Positions 1-14,832 of a stretch of DNA of 64,000 nucleotides are shown here, one piece after another. Below the pieces are notes generated by a model. That model did not search any database, was not told the DNA's origin, and saw only the letters and a program-made list of their open reading frames with translations. Position numbers and translations under genes: made by a program. The stretch comes from Eledone cirrhosa (lineage: Eukaryota): NCBI GenBank assembly GCA_964016885.1, contig OZ024741.1, forward strand, positions 84,010,001 to 84,074,000. Reading direction: 5' to 3'. Position 1 is the first letter of the stretch, and every line of letters begins with the position of its first letter.

Positions 1-3000
1 ATATGACGAAGAACCTTTAGATAAATATAAAGACTTTAATATATACTGTTTTTTTTTATCATAGATCTAGGCGTTGAAATTTGATAATCGAAATATAGGT
101 AAAAAAAAATTAACCAATATTTATTGCTTTAATTTGAATATTGTCGTTTTACTTGATTGTTGTATATATTAGTACCAATATACAATAATACATCCGCTAT
201 TCTCTGTTGATTCTATGGTAAAACATGTATTATCGTATCCTACGATCCATGAGACATGAACAATTCTTTGATAGACAAACAAATATCAAGATTGAGTGGA
301 AATGAAGATATTTCAAGACATATATTTGATTCTTCGATTCAGGTTAGTTTAATCACATCAATAGCTTTCAAGTCGTGACAGTAGTCAGTTTCTACCGAAT
401 CAGATCATTGCTTTCACACTATTATCAACAAATTGTATCTATCAAAATTCCCTTCTTTCCTACATAGTATTTTTCACATGACCTTCATAGATAGGGTGTG
501 AATCTTTTGATAACTATGAAGTATGGATTGAGGGGGGAAATAGGTATAGATGTTAGGACAATGTTATTTCAAAGGGCATGGTAGAAAATGTTTCAATTTA
601 TAATCAGAGTCCTGTTATGGATTCGGTTTGCAGAGACAAAGCTACAAAAGGAAAAAATAAGCTACCCCACCTTCATCTTTATCAGCAATAGCAATGTTGG
701 TGCTGTTACAGCTCTAAGCTTAGATGTATAATATGAAAATACATTTAAAAACGTTACTCGGGTCTCCGTTGCAAGAGTTAACCAAGGTGCGGAAGGTGCC
801 ATTTTTCCCGCGTTATGTTTAGGGAGGCAGCACTTTCCCATCATCAGAGGCCATAAGAAGGCCACACTAATAATGCTGCACAATTTTCATCTTATTTAAT
901 TGAATATTTCTCGAAAATTTATATTAAAATTCAGCATTATAATTATATCTATGTGAGTTTGTTGGAGGAATAATTGTAGTGTGTGTTTATGAGCTACTTT
1001 GAGTATACTACGTTCTTCAGAATGTTTCTTAGAATGATTGCCTTGTTTGCATGTGTGTTTGTGTGTATGTATAAAGCAAAATAAATTAGTGGGTAATTTC
1101 ATTGTCAGAATTTACATTTAATTTCTCTTCCCTCTTACATTAAAATGATGTAGATCCAGCAAACGAACCCAAAGTGAGTATAGTTTACATGAAAGTATGA
1201 GGAGGGAGTAGAAATTATTATCTGATAGAGAGAAAAATAGCTCGAGGTAGGATGTAATAAGAATAAAATGATGTTAAAACTGCCAACTAAATTGAAGGTA
1301 AACATGTAAACATTGGTGTGTTTTGTTTCATTATTATGATTTTGTTGGCCCAAACATGTGCAGAAGTAAAACGGAAGAAGAGGTTATAAAGAAATAAAAG
1401 AAAGTGCTTCCACAGTAATTACGAGTGGATAAAAAAAGGTTTACTTTACGTTTTCCCCTATTCTATTTATTAATTTATTTATATTGAAATATTTGCAGAA
1501 AGGAAAAAAAATTAGAGAGAAATTAATTTTATTTAGAATGTAAATATATAAATGAAAATTGTTTCAGGTGTGATTTATTTCACTATATATTTAATGATCT
1601 TCTTTGTTTTCTTCAAACGTAAAGAAAATGACAATCTAGTTCATAATTAGTTACGGTGTGTTGCATGATGAAGAGAGCAAAAAGAAATTTGGTAGGGAAG
1701 CAGAAGCATTTAACAAGCTTGCTTGATTTCTCCTTTCGAAAACACTTATTCTCCTGGTCTTTTGGCTCTGATTAAAGAGGAATCTGATAGAGGAGTAATC
1801 TGGTGTAAGTAATTATGTAGAAAGAAGAGCTTGAGTATATATTCTCCATTTTAGTTGCAATTATGTAGTAATTCTTGGTAAAAATAGTTATTAAATGTTA
1901 AATGGTAAAGCTATTTATTGGCCACCTGGTATATACGTATGTGTATATGATCTGTGTTTACGTGTCTGTGTTTGAGTGTGTTTGTATGTGTGAGTATTTT
2001 TTAGTGTGTTTTTGTGAATGCATGCACATGATCGTATTCTGTTACAAAGAAGTTTAAACGTAACATTTTTTAGATTTTCTATCCCATAAATCCTGTTTTA
2101 TATTCGGCATTCAGATTTGACATCAATATGTGAGATGACATTGATGGCAACATCATACAGTTATATTTATTCCTTTCACCATTTTGAAAGGTTCATAGAG
2201 ATCAGCTATAAAATCTAGTTTCTGTAGCAGTAAATGCTTGAAAATATATGTTCCTTTCATATAAAACTTTACTCGATCATAGCTACTTGTTGTTTTATAT
2301 ATGTTACACGTTGCCTCTCAATGAGTCTGTAAGTAGATCAATTGGAACAAGTAAGTTTGGATATATTCCTGGAGATATACCATAACATCTATAGCAGTTC
2401 TAGCAACAACGGTAACTGTGACACCAGCACCAGCAGAGAGAGATGCCTAGATGAGTAGCTACGTTTTAAATGTCACAATTTTGATGTAGTATTACACTAC
2501 ATCAAAACCTAAGAAACCTTAAGAAAACCTAGAATCAAACGATTCACAGACTTGTCCATCCCAGTCCATATTTATTTAGAAATATCTCTCACTACGTCGT
2601 TTACCTTCAGACAATACCACTATGGTTTCCTTTAGTAATTCCCAAATCACTGTCGTTAAATTAATGCAGGCCTACATCACCGTAAACAGAGAAAATGATA
2701 ATTGTCGCAAGGTTTCGTCATATGTCTATTCAATAAAGATACACCTGAATATAACCATTCATTCTATTTTTTACCTTATTTGATACAAAATCTTTCATTT
2801 AAAAATCTTCTGTCTTAATTTTATGTATGAGATTAGTTAAATTGTATTGCAAACAATAGCATATTATTGAGAAATTTAGTTATATGACTAAATCCCTCCA
2901 GGTGCGGGATTAGTTATAAAAAATATTTGAAAATCACAGTCAAAATATATTTTATTAGGAATTCGTTTATGAAAGTGTTAAAGGTGTTGATATACATTGA

Positions 3001-3392
3001 GATTTATACTGATAGTATAACATTGTTATTCATTTTAATTTTCCAAATCCTTAAGCTATATATTGTTAATGCAGTAAACAGAAATAATATTGCAATAGCA
3101 GATTTCTTTCAGTATAGCATCATACAATCCCAGTCATAAGATCCCTGGAAAAATACTAATGGTTCTTTTGGAAGCAACATATTTTTCTTTAACGTATAGA
3201 TTTTCTATTTATAAAAAGAATGAAATTCAGAGCTGATAGGTTTGAAGTACTTTATATGTAAGTATATAAATATATACGTGTATATAGTATTGATTATACT
3301 ATCTATGTTTATGCAAATACAAAAACCTTTTGTAGTTATATATATTTTTATAAACCCTAAATAGTGGTAGGCAGTAATAACTACCTTATTAC

Positions 3393-3488
<96 letters not shown>

Positions 3489-3838
3489 ATTAGAAAGTGA
3501 GATATTTTTACAAAATGAAAAAAAGATATTTCCTTACGAGTGAAAGTATATCGTAAAAAGATGAAATCGAAAATGAAACTGGAGTCTTTTTTTTTTAAAT
3601 ATATATATTTATTTGGTTCCTTTACCTGTTTTGCAGTTCTTGTGCTTTTCAAAAGTAGAATTGAGATAGAGGGTTTGTGGTTTTTCTCGCATCTGGTTGG
3701 TGTTCGAATGTTACTAATGTTTTATATAGAAAAAATTGGCTCGAAATGCTTAGGTTTTTAGAAAAGTAATTTGGTTGGTTATGACTGTCATGTGAATAAG
3801 TATAATAAATTCGCGCCAGCTCGCGTTACAAAGTTCTT
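3489..3838 (-). mobile_element. Penelope-like pLTR 3' fragment (PLE-1 family) abutting (TA)n
   Basis: Reverse complement of ~9740-10080, the PLE-1 3' end; degenerate hammerhead at 3619-3655; follows (TA)n 3396-3485. Confidence 0.8.
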
Positions 3839-4005
3839 ATTATATTTCCCTTTAATATGCATATAGATATATATATTTAATCTAGAAATATAGAAATGGC
3901 TTCTACATGACTAGAAATATTTCATTCGGGAGAAATCACTTGGGTGGAATATATGTCATATGCGATATAGAAACTGCCTGAAAAGTTAAATCTAATTTTC
4001 ATAGC

Positions 4006-4052
<47 letters not shown>

Positions 4053-4058
<6 letters not shown>

Positions 4059-4166
4059 GAAATCAAAAATGCAACTGGAGTCCTATTTAAAAAAATATAT
4101 ATATATTTATTTGGTTCCATTACCGGTTTCGCAGTTCTTCTGCTTTTCAAAAGTAGAGTTGAGATG
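4053..4166 (-). mobile_element. Short PLE-1 pLTR fragment with hammerhead motif
   Basis: Matches 6340-6460 and the reverse complement of ~9895-10003; hammerhead at 4117-4153; follows (TA)n. Confidence 0.75.
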
Positions 4167-4180
4167 ACGTTTTTTCTCAC

Positions 4181-4281
<101 letters not shown>

Positions 4282-4379
4282 TGTTTGTGTGTGCTTGTGT
4301 GTGCTTGTGTGAGAGTGCATTTATTTATGTTTCGTATTGTAGAAGATTCCCTCAGCGAGAAGGGAAGAACAATTTAACT

Positions 4380-4760
4380 GGCAACCGATAGTAAATACTG
4401 TTGTTGTTGAACCTAACACAGTTTCGCCGATACGTATTCCAGTTGTTTGATCCACTGGACAGTCTACTTGTAGACTTAATAAAAACTCCATGAGAACTCC
4501 AGAGACATAGGACTGTTTAATGCAGTTCCCAGAAAGATCCAGCCTGAGAGGTAGTGAAAGGAATTGTCCTTTGAATTAGATATTCGGCCATGTTTCTTTC
4601 AGATTATTGGACTGAAGAATATGAATTGATGTGTAATACAATCAATACGTCTTAGTGACCAGAGCCACATCATGTAGAACCATACATAGGAACACCCAAG
4701 TAGTTCTAGAATATTCCCACAATACGTACACTGGAGTATAGACTTTACTTTTTCAAAGTG
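4380..4760 (-). mobile_element. Highly degenerate RTE-like LINE remnant
   Basis: Weak minus-strand remnants resembling the RTE C-terminus (LLYGSETW-like, RLRFAGHC-like); no intact ORF. Confidence 0.3.
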
Positions 4761-5269
4761 TCCGTCATATTTTCCTCGAAATATTAAACACAAAATATAC
4801 AATACTGTATATATAAATAACATTTATGAAACAACACGCCGCAAAATGGTGTGAAAACAATTTACTGCAAAGCGTAAACATTTTCAACTATTATTCCCTA
4901 TTTTACCGAAACAAAACATATGAATGCTTGCATTACAGATATTGTTTCAACCTCAACAGCACAGTAATACACTTATGATTACATATATATCTACGGCAAC
5001 ACTATATATGTCATATTCGATATAGAAAATGTCTGAAAAGTTCAATCTAATGTTTGTAGCGTGTAACTGCTTGGGGGCATATATAAATAGATAATATACA
5101 TTTATGCGGGAATACAATATATATTTAAAAGTTTAGTTGAAACTTTTGGCAAAATCTCGAGCGTTTTGGCATCAATGAATATGTTATTTTTGTGCTCTAG
5201 AAACATAAATACATAGATAACCACCTATATGACTATATACATACATGCATACATACATAGATACATACA

Positions 5270-5530
5270 TACAACAATTTTGCATCTAATAACTGTAAAA
5301 AATACAAAGCATATGCACGTGCACATAAAACTCAAAACATACACATCTACACATACAATAATCAATACCTGCACACACATGCATGCATGCAGACATGCAT
5401 ACATATCTACCTAGTTGGTATTGTGTAAATTCCAATGAGAGAGTCTTGTAACTATGTTAGAAACCGACTCTCTCTTTATTCGCAAAAATTTGTGAAATTA
5501 TAAAACCAGAAGAACATACATACATACACA
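5270..5530 (+). mobile_element. 3'UTR of an R4/Dong-like RLE LINE ending in (CATA)n (copy 1)
   Basis: Direct repeat of 5950-6180, which follows an RLE coding region; ends aaaaccagaagaa + (cata)n. Confidence 0.7.
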
Positions 5531-5552
5531 CATATATACATACATATACATA

Positions 5553-6180
5553 CTATGAAAGAGTACTGGTTGAATGTTCCAGTAAAAACCCCAATAAAAT
5601 GCAGGCATAACAGACCAGATATTATGATATGGGACAGGGAAAAGAAGGCATGCACAGTAATGGAAGTTAGCTGTCCAGCAGATGCCAATATAATATCAAA
5701 GATTAGCGAAAAGGAGAATATTTATGCAGAACTGATGAGAAATCTGCAGATACTCCAACCTGATTATACCTTTTGATTTATGCCTGTGATTATTGGGGCA
5801 CTGGGATATGTTAGTAACTGCCCCAATACAAATCCTGAGAAGCTGGGCTTCACAGGAACAAAAAGAACACAACTAGGTAGGAAATTACAAGTACAATCCA
5901 TTGATGGAACAGTAAAAATATGTAAAACATTCCAAAGGTTTTTCATCTAATAACTGCACACATGCAACACAAAACATACACATCCATACATACAATAATA
6001 TCTATATCTACACATGCATGCATGCATACATGCATACATATCTACCTAGTTGATGTTGTGTAAATTCCAATGAGTCTTGTGCCTATGTTAGAAACCGACT
6101 CTCTCTCTCTATTGGCAAAGGTTTGTGAAATTATAAAACCAGAAGAATATACATACATACATACATACATACATATATGC
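5553..6180 (+). mobile_element. 5'-truncated R4/Dong-like non-LTR retrotransposon (RLE domain, 3'UTR, (CATA)n tail)
   Basis: HNRPDIMIWDREKKACTVMEVSCP..KENIY..VIIGALG is a PD-(D/E)xK RLE of the R4 clade; in-frame stop at 5774. Confidence 0.85.
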
Positions 6181-6270
6181 ATACAAAATTACAAAGGTGT
6201 AAGCATGGCTCAGCATGGATGTTCGTCTAGGAAAGTTGATTTTAGTATAGTTTTAGATTGACCAATACCT

Positions 6271-6334
<64 letters not shown>

Positions 6335-6337
<3 letters not shown>

Positions 6338-6690
6338 AAAAAAGATGAAATCAAAAATGCAACTGGAGGGTAATTTAAAAATATATATATATATATATAT
6401 TTATTTTGTTCCTCTGCCGGTTTCGCAGTTCTTCTGCTTTTCAAAAGTAGAGTTCAGATGGAGGGTCTGTGGTTTTCCTCAGATCTGGTTGGTCTTTGAA
6501 TGTTACTTGTTTTATATGGAAAAAAGTGGCTCGAAACGCCAGGTTTTTAGAGAAGTAATTTGATTGGTTGGTGAATAAGTATAATAAATTTCGCGCTAGT
6601 TAGCGTTACAAAGTTCTTCAAACAAGGGGGGGGGGGGAGCTCAGGTTGTTTTTTCATATATGAGTGAAGTTTGATTGGTTGATGCAGTCA
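6335..6690 (-). mobile_element. Inverted pLTR of PLE-1
   Basis: Inverted repeat of 9686-10012; follows (TA)n; typical PLE tail-out inverted structure. Confidence 0.85.
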
Positions 6691-9004
6691 ACTCAAAACA
6701 TACACATCTACACATACAATAACATCAATACCTGCACACACATGCATGCATGCAGACATGCATACATATCTACCTAGTTGGACCAATCAATTGTACGGAA
6801 TAAAAGCAGCTACAACCCAACAAAGGTAGAAACAGGGTTCTGGACACATTTTGTGACCACATAGCTACTTTCCCATACCATGAACTACCGCAACCTAAAC
6901 ACAAACCCAACACCATTCGAAGGGAATAGGAGATTATCTATGAACTAAATAAAAATTCGGACATTATAATTAAGGAAGCGGACAAGAGAACTACTGAGGT
7001 CATTAAGGATGCTGGAAAATATAAACATTCTATGTTCTCTCTCTTACAAGATACTAATTACTATGAAAGAGTAAAAAACTACCAGCAATCATAAACCATG
7101 ACTATATTAAACACACTGATTTTTCGATACCAGGAAGACTTAACTAAGAAGGAACGCGATTATTTAACACATTTTGAATACAAAACCAACAACCTTTGGG
7201 GATTTCCGAAGATCCACAAGTGTAAAATAATTAACAATGCCTGTAAACAATCCACCTCAACCTGCGTGAACACACGATACTCCACAGACCTTTAATTTAG
7301 ACCAATTGTAGCGGGCCCACAATGTGAAACACACAGACTAAACAACTTTATAGATATACTACTAAAACCAATTCTCAAACACATACCAAGCCTTGTAAGA
7401 GACGATCTGGACCTATTAAACCACCTCCCCAAACATGTCAACAACGACACTATTATTGTGTCTTTCGATGTAGTGTATCTCTACACAAGGATCCCACACC
7501 AATACGGACTAGAAGCAATAGGATTCTAGCTAGAGAAATATCCCAATGAGATACCTGGCAGAATAGAAAAAAGCTTCATCACCGAGGGATTAAAATTTTT
7601 CTTACAGAACAACTTTTTTTATTTCGATGGCAGTAGTTACAAGCAAATATCGGGGACTGCGGTGGCTACAAAAGCCGCTCCAACTTATGCCAACTTAGTC
7701 ATGGCATACTTAGAAGTCCAGATATATGAACAGTCCAAATCAAAATACGGATTGGACTTCCACAAATATTTATCAGAGAATTGGAAACGCTACTTGGATG
7801 ATTGTCTCATACTTTGGTCCCACACACTCGACCAACTGAATGATTTCAAAAATTTAATTAACGGCATCAATATCCACATCCAATTCACAATGGAATACAG
7901 CCAAGATCAACTCCCATTTCTGGACATCTTAATCTTAAAAAAGACACAAATATTGAAAGTGACCTACACTACAAACCAACAGATTCCAAACAATACCTGC
8001 TATTCACCTCCAACCATCTACAGCACACGAAGACGAACATTCCTTTTAACCTAGCAAGAAGAATTTGCACAATTGTCTCCAATTATGAAACGTGAAATAA
8101 AAGACTTCAAGAATTAAAGGAAATTCTACTCGAAAGACAGTACCCACCATTACTAATAAACAATGGAATAGAAAGGGCTAAAGCAATAGGCATTGATGAA
8201 TTACGAAAACAGAAACAAATTCAAGGTATGTCCAATATTCTATCATATATCTCAACACACAACCCAAGAAATGCGGAAGATTACAACACTATTCACAAGA
8301 ATATCCCACTATTTAAACAAGACCCAAGAATGAAAAAAGCCCTTGAAACACACAAAATAATCAAAAGCAAAAGACAACCGAAATCACTAAAAACATTACT
8401 CACCAATCCCAAATTACCTACCACACACCCACAACCAACTGTCAAAATATGTGGTCGCTCTAATTGTGGAACATGCACTCACCCCATTGAAGGCTACACG
8501 TATACATTTCAATCGGGACAAAAATTTGCTGTTAAAAATCATCACTTCACTTGCTCATCAAAAAATATGGTTTATGCCATTAAATGTAAAGGATGCAATA
8601 AAGATTATATAGGACAAACTAAACTCACACTCAGAAACAGAATGACAGTTCATCCCCAACAATTACGAGATCCAACCACGAGACAGATAGCACTAAGTGC
8701 ATATCTAGACATATGCGCAAGTAATCAGACACCCAAATTCCAAGTTTTCCCATTTTACCTTTGCATTGACAATGCAACAGAACAAATACGAATAAATAAG
8801 GAAAATATGTTTATTCAAAAATATAGACCAGCATTAATTATAGTTTAATATACATTATGTCAACACCATCACATGCTAACCATCCAAACAGACACATACA
8901 TACACACACACATGACACCTTCTAGTTTAGAAAATAAAAACCAGAACTAAATAAAACTTAACATACGTTAATACCATTAACACCATTTAACCCCCCCCCC
9001 CCCC

Positions 9005-9370
9005 CCACACACACACATAACTCCCTCCCCCATTTCTACTAACGGAATCATTTTCCTACACATACACACAGACAAAATATATATATATTCTCTTCATGTT
9101 AACATGCTAACCATACTCCCTTAACACACATAACACACATACACACACATAACTCCCCACATACACACATAACTCCCTCCCTCATTTCTACTAATAGAAT
9201 CACTTTCCTACACACATACACACAAAATATATATATTCTCTCCATCTTAACATACTCCCACACACACACACATAACACCCATACACACACACAACTCCCT
9301 CACCCATTTCTACTAATAGAATCATCTTCCTATACACACACACAAGCACACAAATAAACATCCATATCTC
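9005..9370 (+). repeat. Three imperfect tandem repeats in the PLE-1 3'UTR
   Basis: Unit acacacataactccctcc..catttctactaa..gaatca..ttcctacacatacacac at ~9010, ~9160 and ~9285. Confidence 0.7.
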
Positions 9371-9904
9371 TACTTTCTTTATTTCAATAGAAAGTCTGAA
9401 TTCTGACACCCCAGCGAAACAGCCATACTCACTGAACCAGAACAATCCTCCCCATCCCATTTCTCTTGACCATTATATTTTGTTTGTCATAAAATTCTCT
9501 AAAAGGCTACAAAATAAATTCCCAAATACGGGCGCGAATTTTTATGACCATGTCACGTGACAACGATAATTTCATTTATAACCAATCAAATTACATTTAT
9601 AAAAAAAAAGCCTTCGTGAGCCACTTTTGTTTAAGTAAAAAGAAATTCAAACAAACTGGCGCGAAAGTTAATGTGCTTATTCACGTGACTGCATCAACCA
9701 ACTCATATATGAAAAAACAACCTGAGCCCCCCTTTGTTTGAAGAACTTTGTAACGCGAACTGGCGCGAAATTGATTATTCACCAATCAATCAAATTACTT
9801 CTCTAAAAACCTGGCGTTTCGAGCCACTTTTTTCCATATAAAACAAGTAACATTCAACGACCAACCAGATCTGAGAAAAACCACAGACCCTCCATCTGAA
9901 CTCT

Positions 9905-9942
9905 ATTTTTGAAAAGCAGAAGAGCTGCGAAACCAGTAAAGG
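9905..9942 (+). ncRNA. Minimal type I hammerhead ribozyme, U3-A8 core variant
   Basis: ttt-TTGAAAA-gcag(aagag)ctgc-GAAA-ccag-TA-aagg; other copies have palindromic helix III A-CCGG-T. Confidence 0.7.
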
Positions 9943-10774
9943 AACCAACTAAATATATATATATATTTGAAAATAAGACTCCAGTTGCATTTTCGATTTC
10001 ATCTGTTTTCCTTATACTTTCACTCGTGTAGGACACCTCGGTTACTTTTCATTTTGTAAAAAAAAAACCTCACTTTCTAATATATATATATATATCACAG
10101 AAAGTGTTTCATCAGTAATATACTGAACTCCTCAATGAAAATATAGCTAAATTATATATAAAGCACAGAATAACTCATGCAAAATCTCCATCGAGTAGAA
10201 TCCTAATAAAACTAATGCAAGATAATTTCACTTGCATCTAGTCCATACTTGCAGTTTCTAAAATCAGAATAATAAATTAAGACAAGCAATATTGAAAGAG
10301 TAATGTTAATTTTAGGTTTAATCATAAAATATATATCGATTACGTTTCTCAGTAAAAAACTCAATAAACAATTGTTGAGAGCATCTATAATATATGTGTA
10401 AACGAGATCTGCATGGCTAGATGAATTGAGAAAAAAACTAGTATTTTCTGCACATATATAGATCAAATGATATGTAGATTTAAATACAAATTGAAAACAT
10501 GCTGTACTTGCTTAAAGATTATGCTTACATAGATAGGCCTCAGAGAAATAGAACGGTCACCACCGATTACCGTAATTCATATCCATCATCAATTATCGAT
10601 TTTGGTTAACATCATTAAGACCACTATTCTCTTCGGCAGTATGTTTAGATCTTTCCAGAAATTTAGTATGCAATAACTTAATATACGCAGGTATAAATAT
10701 AAAAATATATGTATGTGTTCATATATAAATCAAATCATACTGATCCGCATCTACCACGACATCCATGCCGACAT

Positions 10775-10912
10775 AAACACACAAACACTTACATAATTAC
10801 TTAGTTGATTTTCTAAATGCCAATATAAGAATCCTGCCTCTATGCTAGAAAGTGATTCTCTCTCTCTATTAATGAGAAATTAATGTTGAAAATGTCTAAA
10901 ACCAGAAGCGCA
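10775..10912 (+). mobile_element. Diverged 3'UTR fragment of the (CATA)n-tailed R4-like family
   Basis: tagttg..taaat.ccaat..tatgctagaaagtgattctctctctc..aaaaccagaag matches 5410-5515. Confidence 0.6.
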
Positions 10913-11204
10913 TTCATATATATATATATATATATATACATATCCGAAAGATTCATAAAATATAAGGAATTATATGTGTACTCCAACAGCACTTATTTAA
11001 TATGTATCACATTGTCGTTATGTGTCAGACGTCATGTTTTCCCATGTAGTTTATATGAATAAATAATACTATATAATATATTACGAATTGGTTTTGTTAC
11101 AGAAAGCAAAGATGATGAAAAGGTTTACCGCAATTTTTTCTCATGATTTCACACCAAACAAGGATGTAGTATGTATATATATTGATGTGTATGTGTGTGT
11201 GTGT

Positions 11205-11273
<69 letters not shown>

Positions 11274-11661
11274 CGTATGAGCCGGGAAAACAATACATAA
11301 ATATTCTTTCTTGATATATGGGCATGTTGCCTCTGTAATTTGATGTGCAAAACTGACCTTATGTGTGTTTTCTATAACACAACTGACAAATTTGTAATTA
11401 TTCTTTCATAAGTATTGCCATCAATCTTTCATCCGTTCACAGATGTTTGCTATATTAATAGAGTGACTAGACAGTTGAAGGGATACATGTACAGTCATAG
11501 AGAATTTCTATGTAAAACCTTGCACAATAGCTATACATGGGTGTGTGAGAGTCGGTGTCCGTGTCCGAGTATTGTTTAGAATAGTTTTGAATGAATCTCA
11601 GCATGAAATCACACACACAGACATGGAAACACACACAGATATATATATATATATATATATA

Positions 11662-11836
11662 TTTAGGAAAAAGTATGAACACGACGGCTATTTCTGGACT
11701 CCAGAAATAGCCGCCGAACCGGCTTGAGCTCTGCCGTCGGGGTCATACTTTTTCCTATTACCAACTCTACTACCCTAAGTATTGAGTACTTTGGTGCATT
11801 ACGGTCCATCTGGTTCCTTACCACAACTCCTTCGTT
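11662..11836 (+). mobile_element. PLE pLTR 3' fragment (family also at 55358 and 57107) with short inverted 5' copy and hammerhead 3' half
   Basis: Reverse complement matches 57107-57225; hairpin cggctatttctgg/ccagaaatagccg followed by a GAAC-CGG remnant; flanked by (TA)n. Confidence 0.65.
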
Positions 11837-12340
11837 ATATATATATTTATATATATATATATATATGTGTGTTTCCATGTTTACATATATATATATATAT
11901 GTGTGTGTCTGTGTGTCTGTGTGTATCTGTGTATGAGAGAGAAAGTGTGTGTGTTTCAGGGTGTTTGTACATTTAATTCGATATATATGCTTTGCGTGGT
12001 CAAGCTGCTTCACTCCCACCTCCTTTCCTCCTCAAACACTCTTTCATCCCCTTTGTCATTCGCCCTCTCTATCCCCTTTGCCCCCCCCCCCCCCCATCTC
12101 ACTCTTGTCGATATCGTCTACTACATTGCAGCAATCAGATGATTAAAAACACTAAAATAGTTAAAGAAAATAATATTAATAGTTTTTATTTTCTATCTCT
12201 ACGTTCTCAGCCAATTGGTTCTGAGTGTCTGGTCTTGTGCAGTAGTAAAAGTAACCTCAGTGCTCTCTTTAACCCAACCTGATCTAAGCAAAAGCCAAGA
12301 ACTACGATTAGCAATGCCTTTTAGGGTAGCTGGTAATACT

Positions 12341-12552
12341 GGTTTCTGATTTAGGCACAATGCCAACACATTTTTTTTTGGGGGGGGGGGGGGGGGTCGA
12401 CCGTGGTGCATTACTGGCACTTTCTTTTAACGACCCGGTTAGGACGAAGTGCAAAGCTATCCTGGGCGGTGTTTGCACCCAGAACGTAAACGCTCGTAAC
12501 TCTATGCTGCAATGCAGGTCGTCCAAGGCTCTACCGATACTTCCAACCCAAT
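12341..12552 (-). mobile_element. tRNA-derived SINE, diverged copy
   Basis: Similar to 15300-15487 (ttaggcacaa, gcattactgg, cgaccc..aggacgaa..gcaaag, ctctaccgatac). Confidence 0.7.
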
Positions 12553-12667
12553 TCGAAAAGTAAATGGATACGCAGTACTGGCATGGATACAGTACAATGA
12601 AGATGTGTATAACGAAAAAGCTGGATATAATACAGAATGAATTCAAAGTTTTCAACGTTAGTCCCTC

Positions 12668-13274
12668 ATTATAAAATTAATTGTTTCTACTTTAGGCACA
12701 AGGCCAGCAATTACGCATTGCATTACTGGTACTTTATTTTATCGACCCCGTAAGGATGAAAGGCAAAGTCAACCTCGGCGGGATTTGAACTCAGATCGTA
12801 AAGGGACGTAACTATGCTGGAAAGCATGGCGTCCGACCCTCTACCGATACTGCCAATCCACCGCCATTATAAAATTAATTGTTTCTACTTTAGGCACAAG
12901 GCCAGCAATTACCCAGTGCATTACTGGTACTTTATTTTATCGACCCCGTAAGGATGAAAGGAAATTATAAAATTATAAAATTAATTGTTTCTACTTTAGG
13001 CACAAGGCCAGCAATTACCTAGTGCATTACTGGTACTTTATTTTATCGACCCCGTAAGGATGAAAGGAAATTATAAAATTATAAAATTAATTGTTTCTAT
13101 TTTAGGCACAAGGCCAGCAATGACCCAGTGTATTACTGGTACTTTATTTTATCGACCCCGTAAGGATGAAAGGCAAAGTCAACCTCGGCGGGATTTGAAC
13201 TCAGACCGTAAAGGGACGTAACTATGCTGGAAAGCATGGCGTCCGACCCTCTACCGATACTGCAATCCACCGCC
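12668..13274 (-). mobile_element. Head-to-tail array of four SINE copies (full, partial, partial, full)
   Basis: attataaaattaattgtttctac/t.ttaggcacaaggccagcaat at ~12668, 12866, 12972 and 13078. Confidence 0.9.
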
Positions 13275-13367
13275 TTGCATATCCACTGCCTAAAATTAAT
13301 GACAGAAAAATAGACCCGAGGAATACGAAAACAAATATAAAAGATTCATACAGAGAAACTGTGTGGG

Positions 13368-13615
<248 letters not shown>

Positions 13616-13622
13616 TATGGCT

Positions 13623-14397
<775 letters not shown>

Positions 14398-14431
14398 TGG
14401 GTTTATCTATTCGATGGATATCATTCTTGAA

Positions 14432-14465
14432 TCCCCATATCACACCACACATACACACTCTCACA

Positions 14466-14559
<94 letters not shown>

Positions 14560-14593
14560 TGTGAGAGTGTGTATGTGTGGTGTGATATGGGGA
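14432..14593. repeat. Inverted repeat (~38-bp arms) centred on (TA)n
   Basis: tccccatatcacaccacacatacacactctcacaaac and its reverse complement at 14556-14593. Confidence 0.9.
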
Positions 14594-14666
14594 ATGTTTC
14601 ACCTTCGCGGATCTTCAGCTCGGGATTTGTATTGTTATAGGAACAGGAAGGACAACCGTACGAACG
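14594..14666 (-). mobile_element. PLE-4 family 3' fragment starting inside the hammerhead
   Basis: Matches 57995-58065; minus strand reads ccgag-CTGAAGA-tccgcgaaggt-GAAA-ca, then breaks. Confidence 0.75.
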
Positions 14667-14832
14667 CGCATGCGCAGAAACTCGGTCACTTCACACAAGC
14701 AATACTAGACTGCGTGCGGTGGGTGTAAGGGAGATAACTGCGAAAGTCCGGAAAGTTTTTTGGTTGAAAATAAAATAAAAAAATTAAAAATAAAATTACA
14801 AAGAATCAGTCCGGACCGTTTTAGTTGAAACA

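Larger units (their letters stand above)
6782..10080 (+). mobile_element. PLE-1: 5'-truncated decayed Penelope-like element (RT + C-terminal GIY-YIG; Naiad/Neptune-type linker)
   Basis: RPIVAGP, SFDVVYLYT, GTAVATKAAPTYANL, WKRYLDD, LPFLD, KICGRSNCGTC, MVYAIKC..YIGQT..R..H; stops and frameshifts; 3' end at (TA)n. Confidence 0.92.

Noticed and set aside
480-900. Slightly GC-richer segment with ORF 662-883
   Set aside because: No identifiable domain; probably an old TE remnant
8090-8100. In-frame TGA in PLE-1 as selenocysteine (known in some Naiad PLEs)
   Set aside because: Falls at an Arg position (PLE-5 has TRYKRL), so likely CGA>TGA decay; Zn-finger Cys codons are not TGA and no SECIS was recognised
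10095-10140. Minus-strand TTGAGGA..GAAA hammerhead-like motif
   Set aside because: Helices I and III do not pair convincingly
12668-13274. CRISPR-like repeat array
   Set aside because: Eukaryotic SINE copies with no unique spacers and no cas genes
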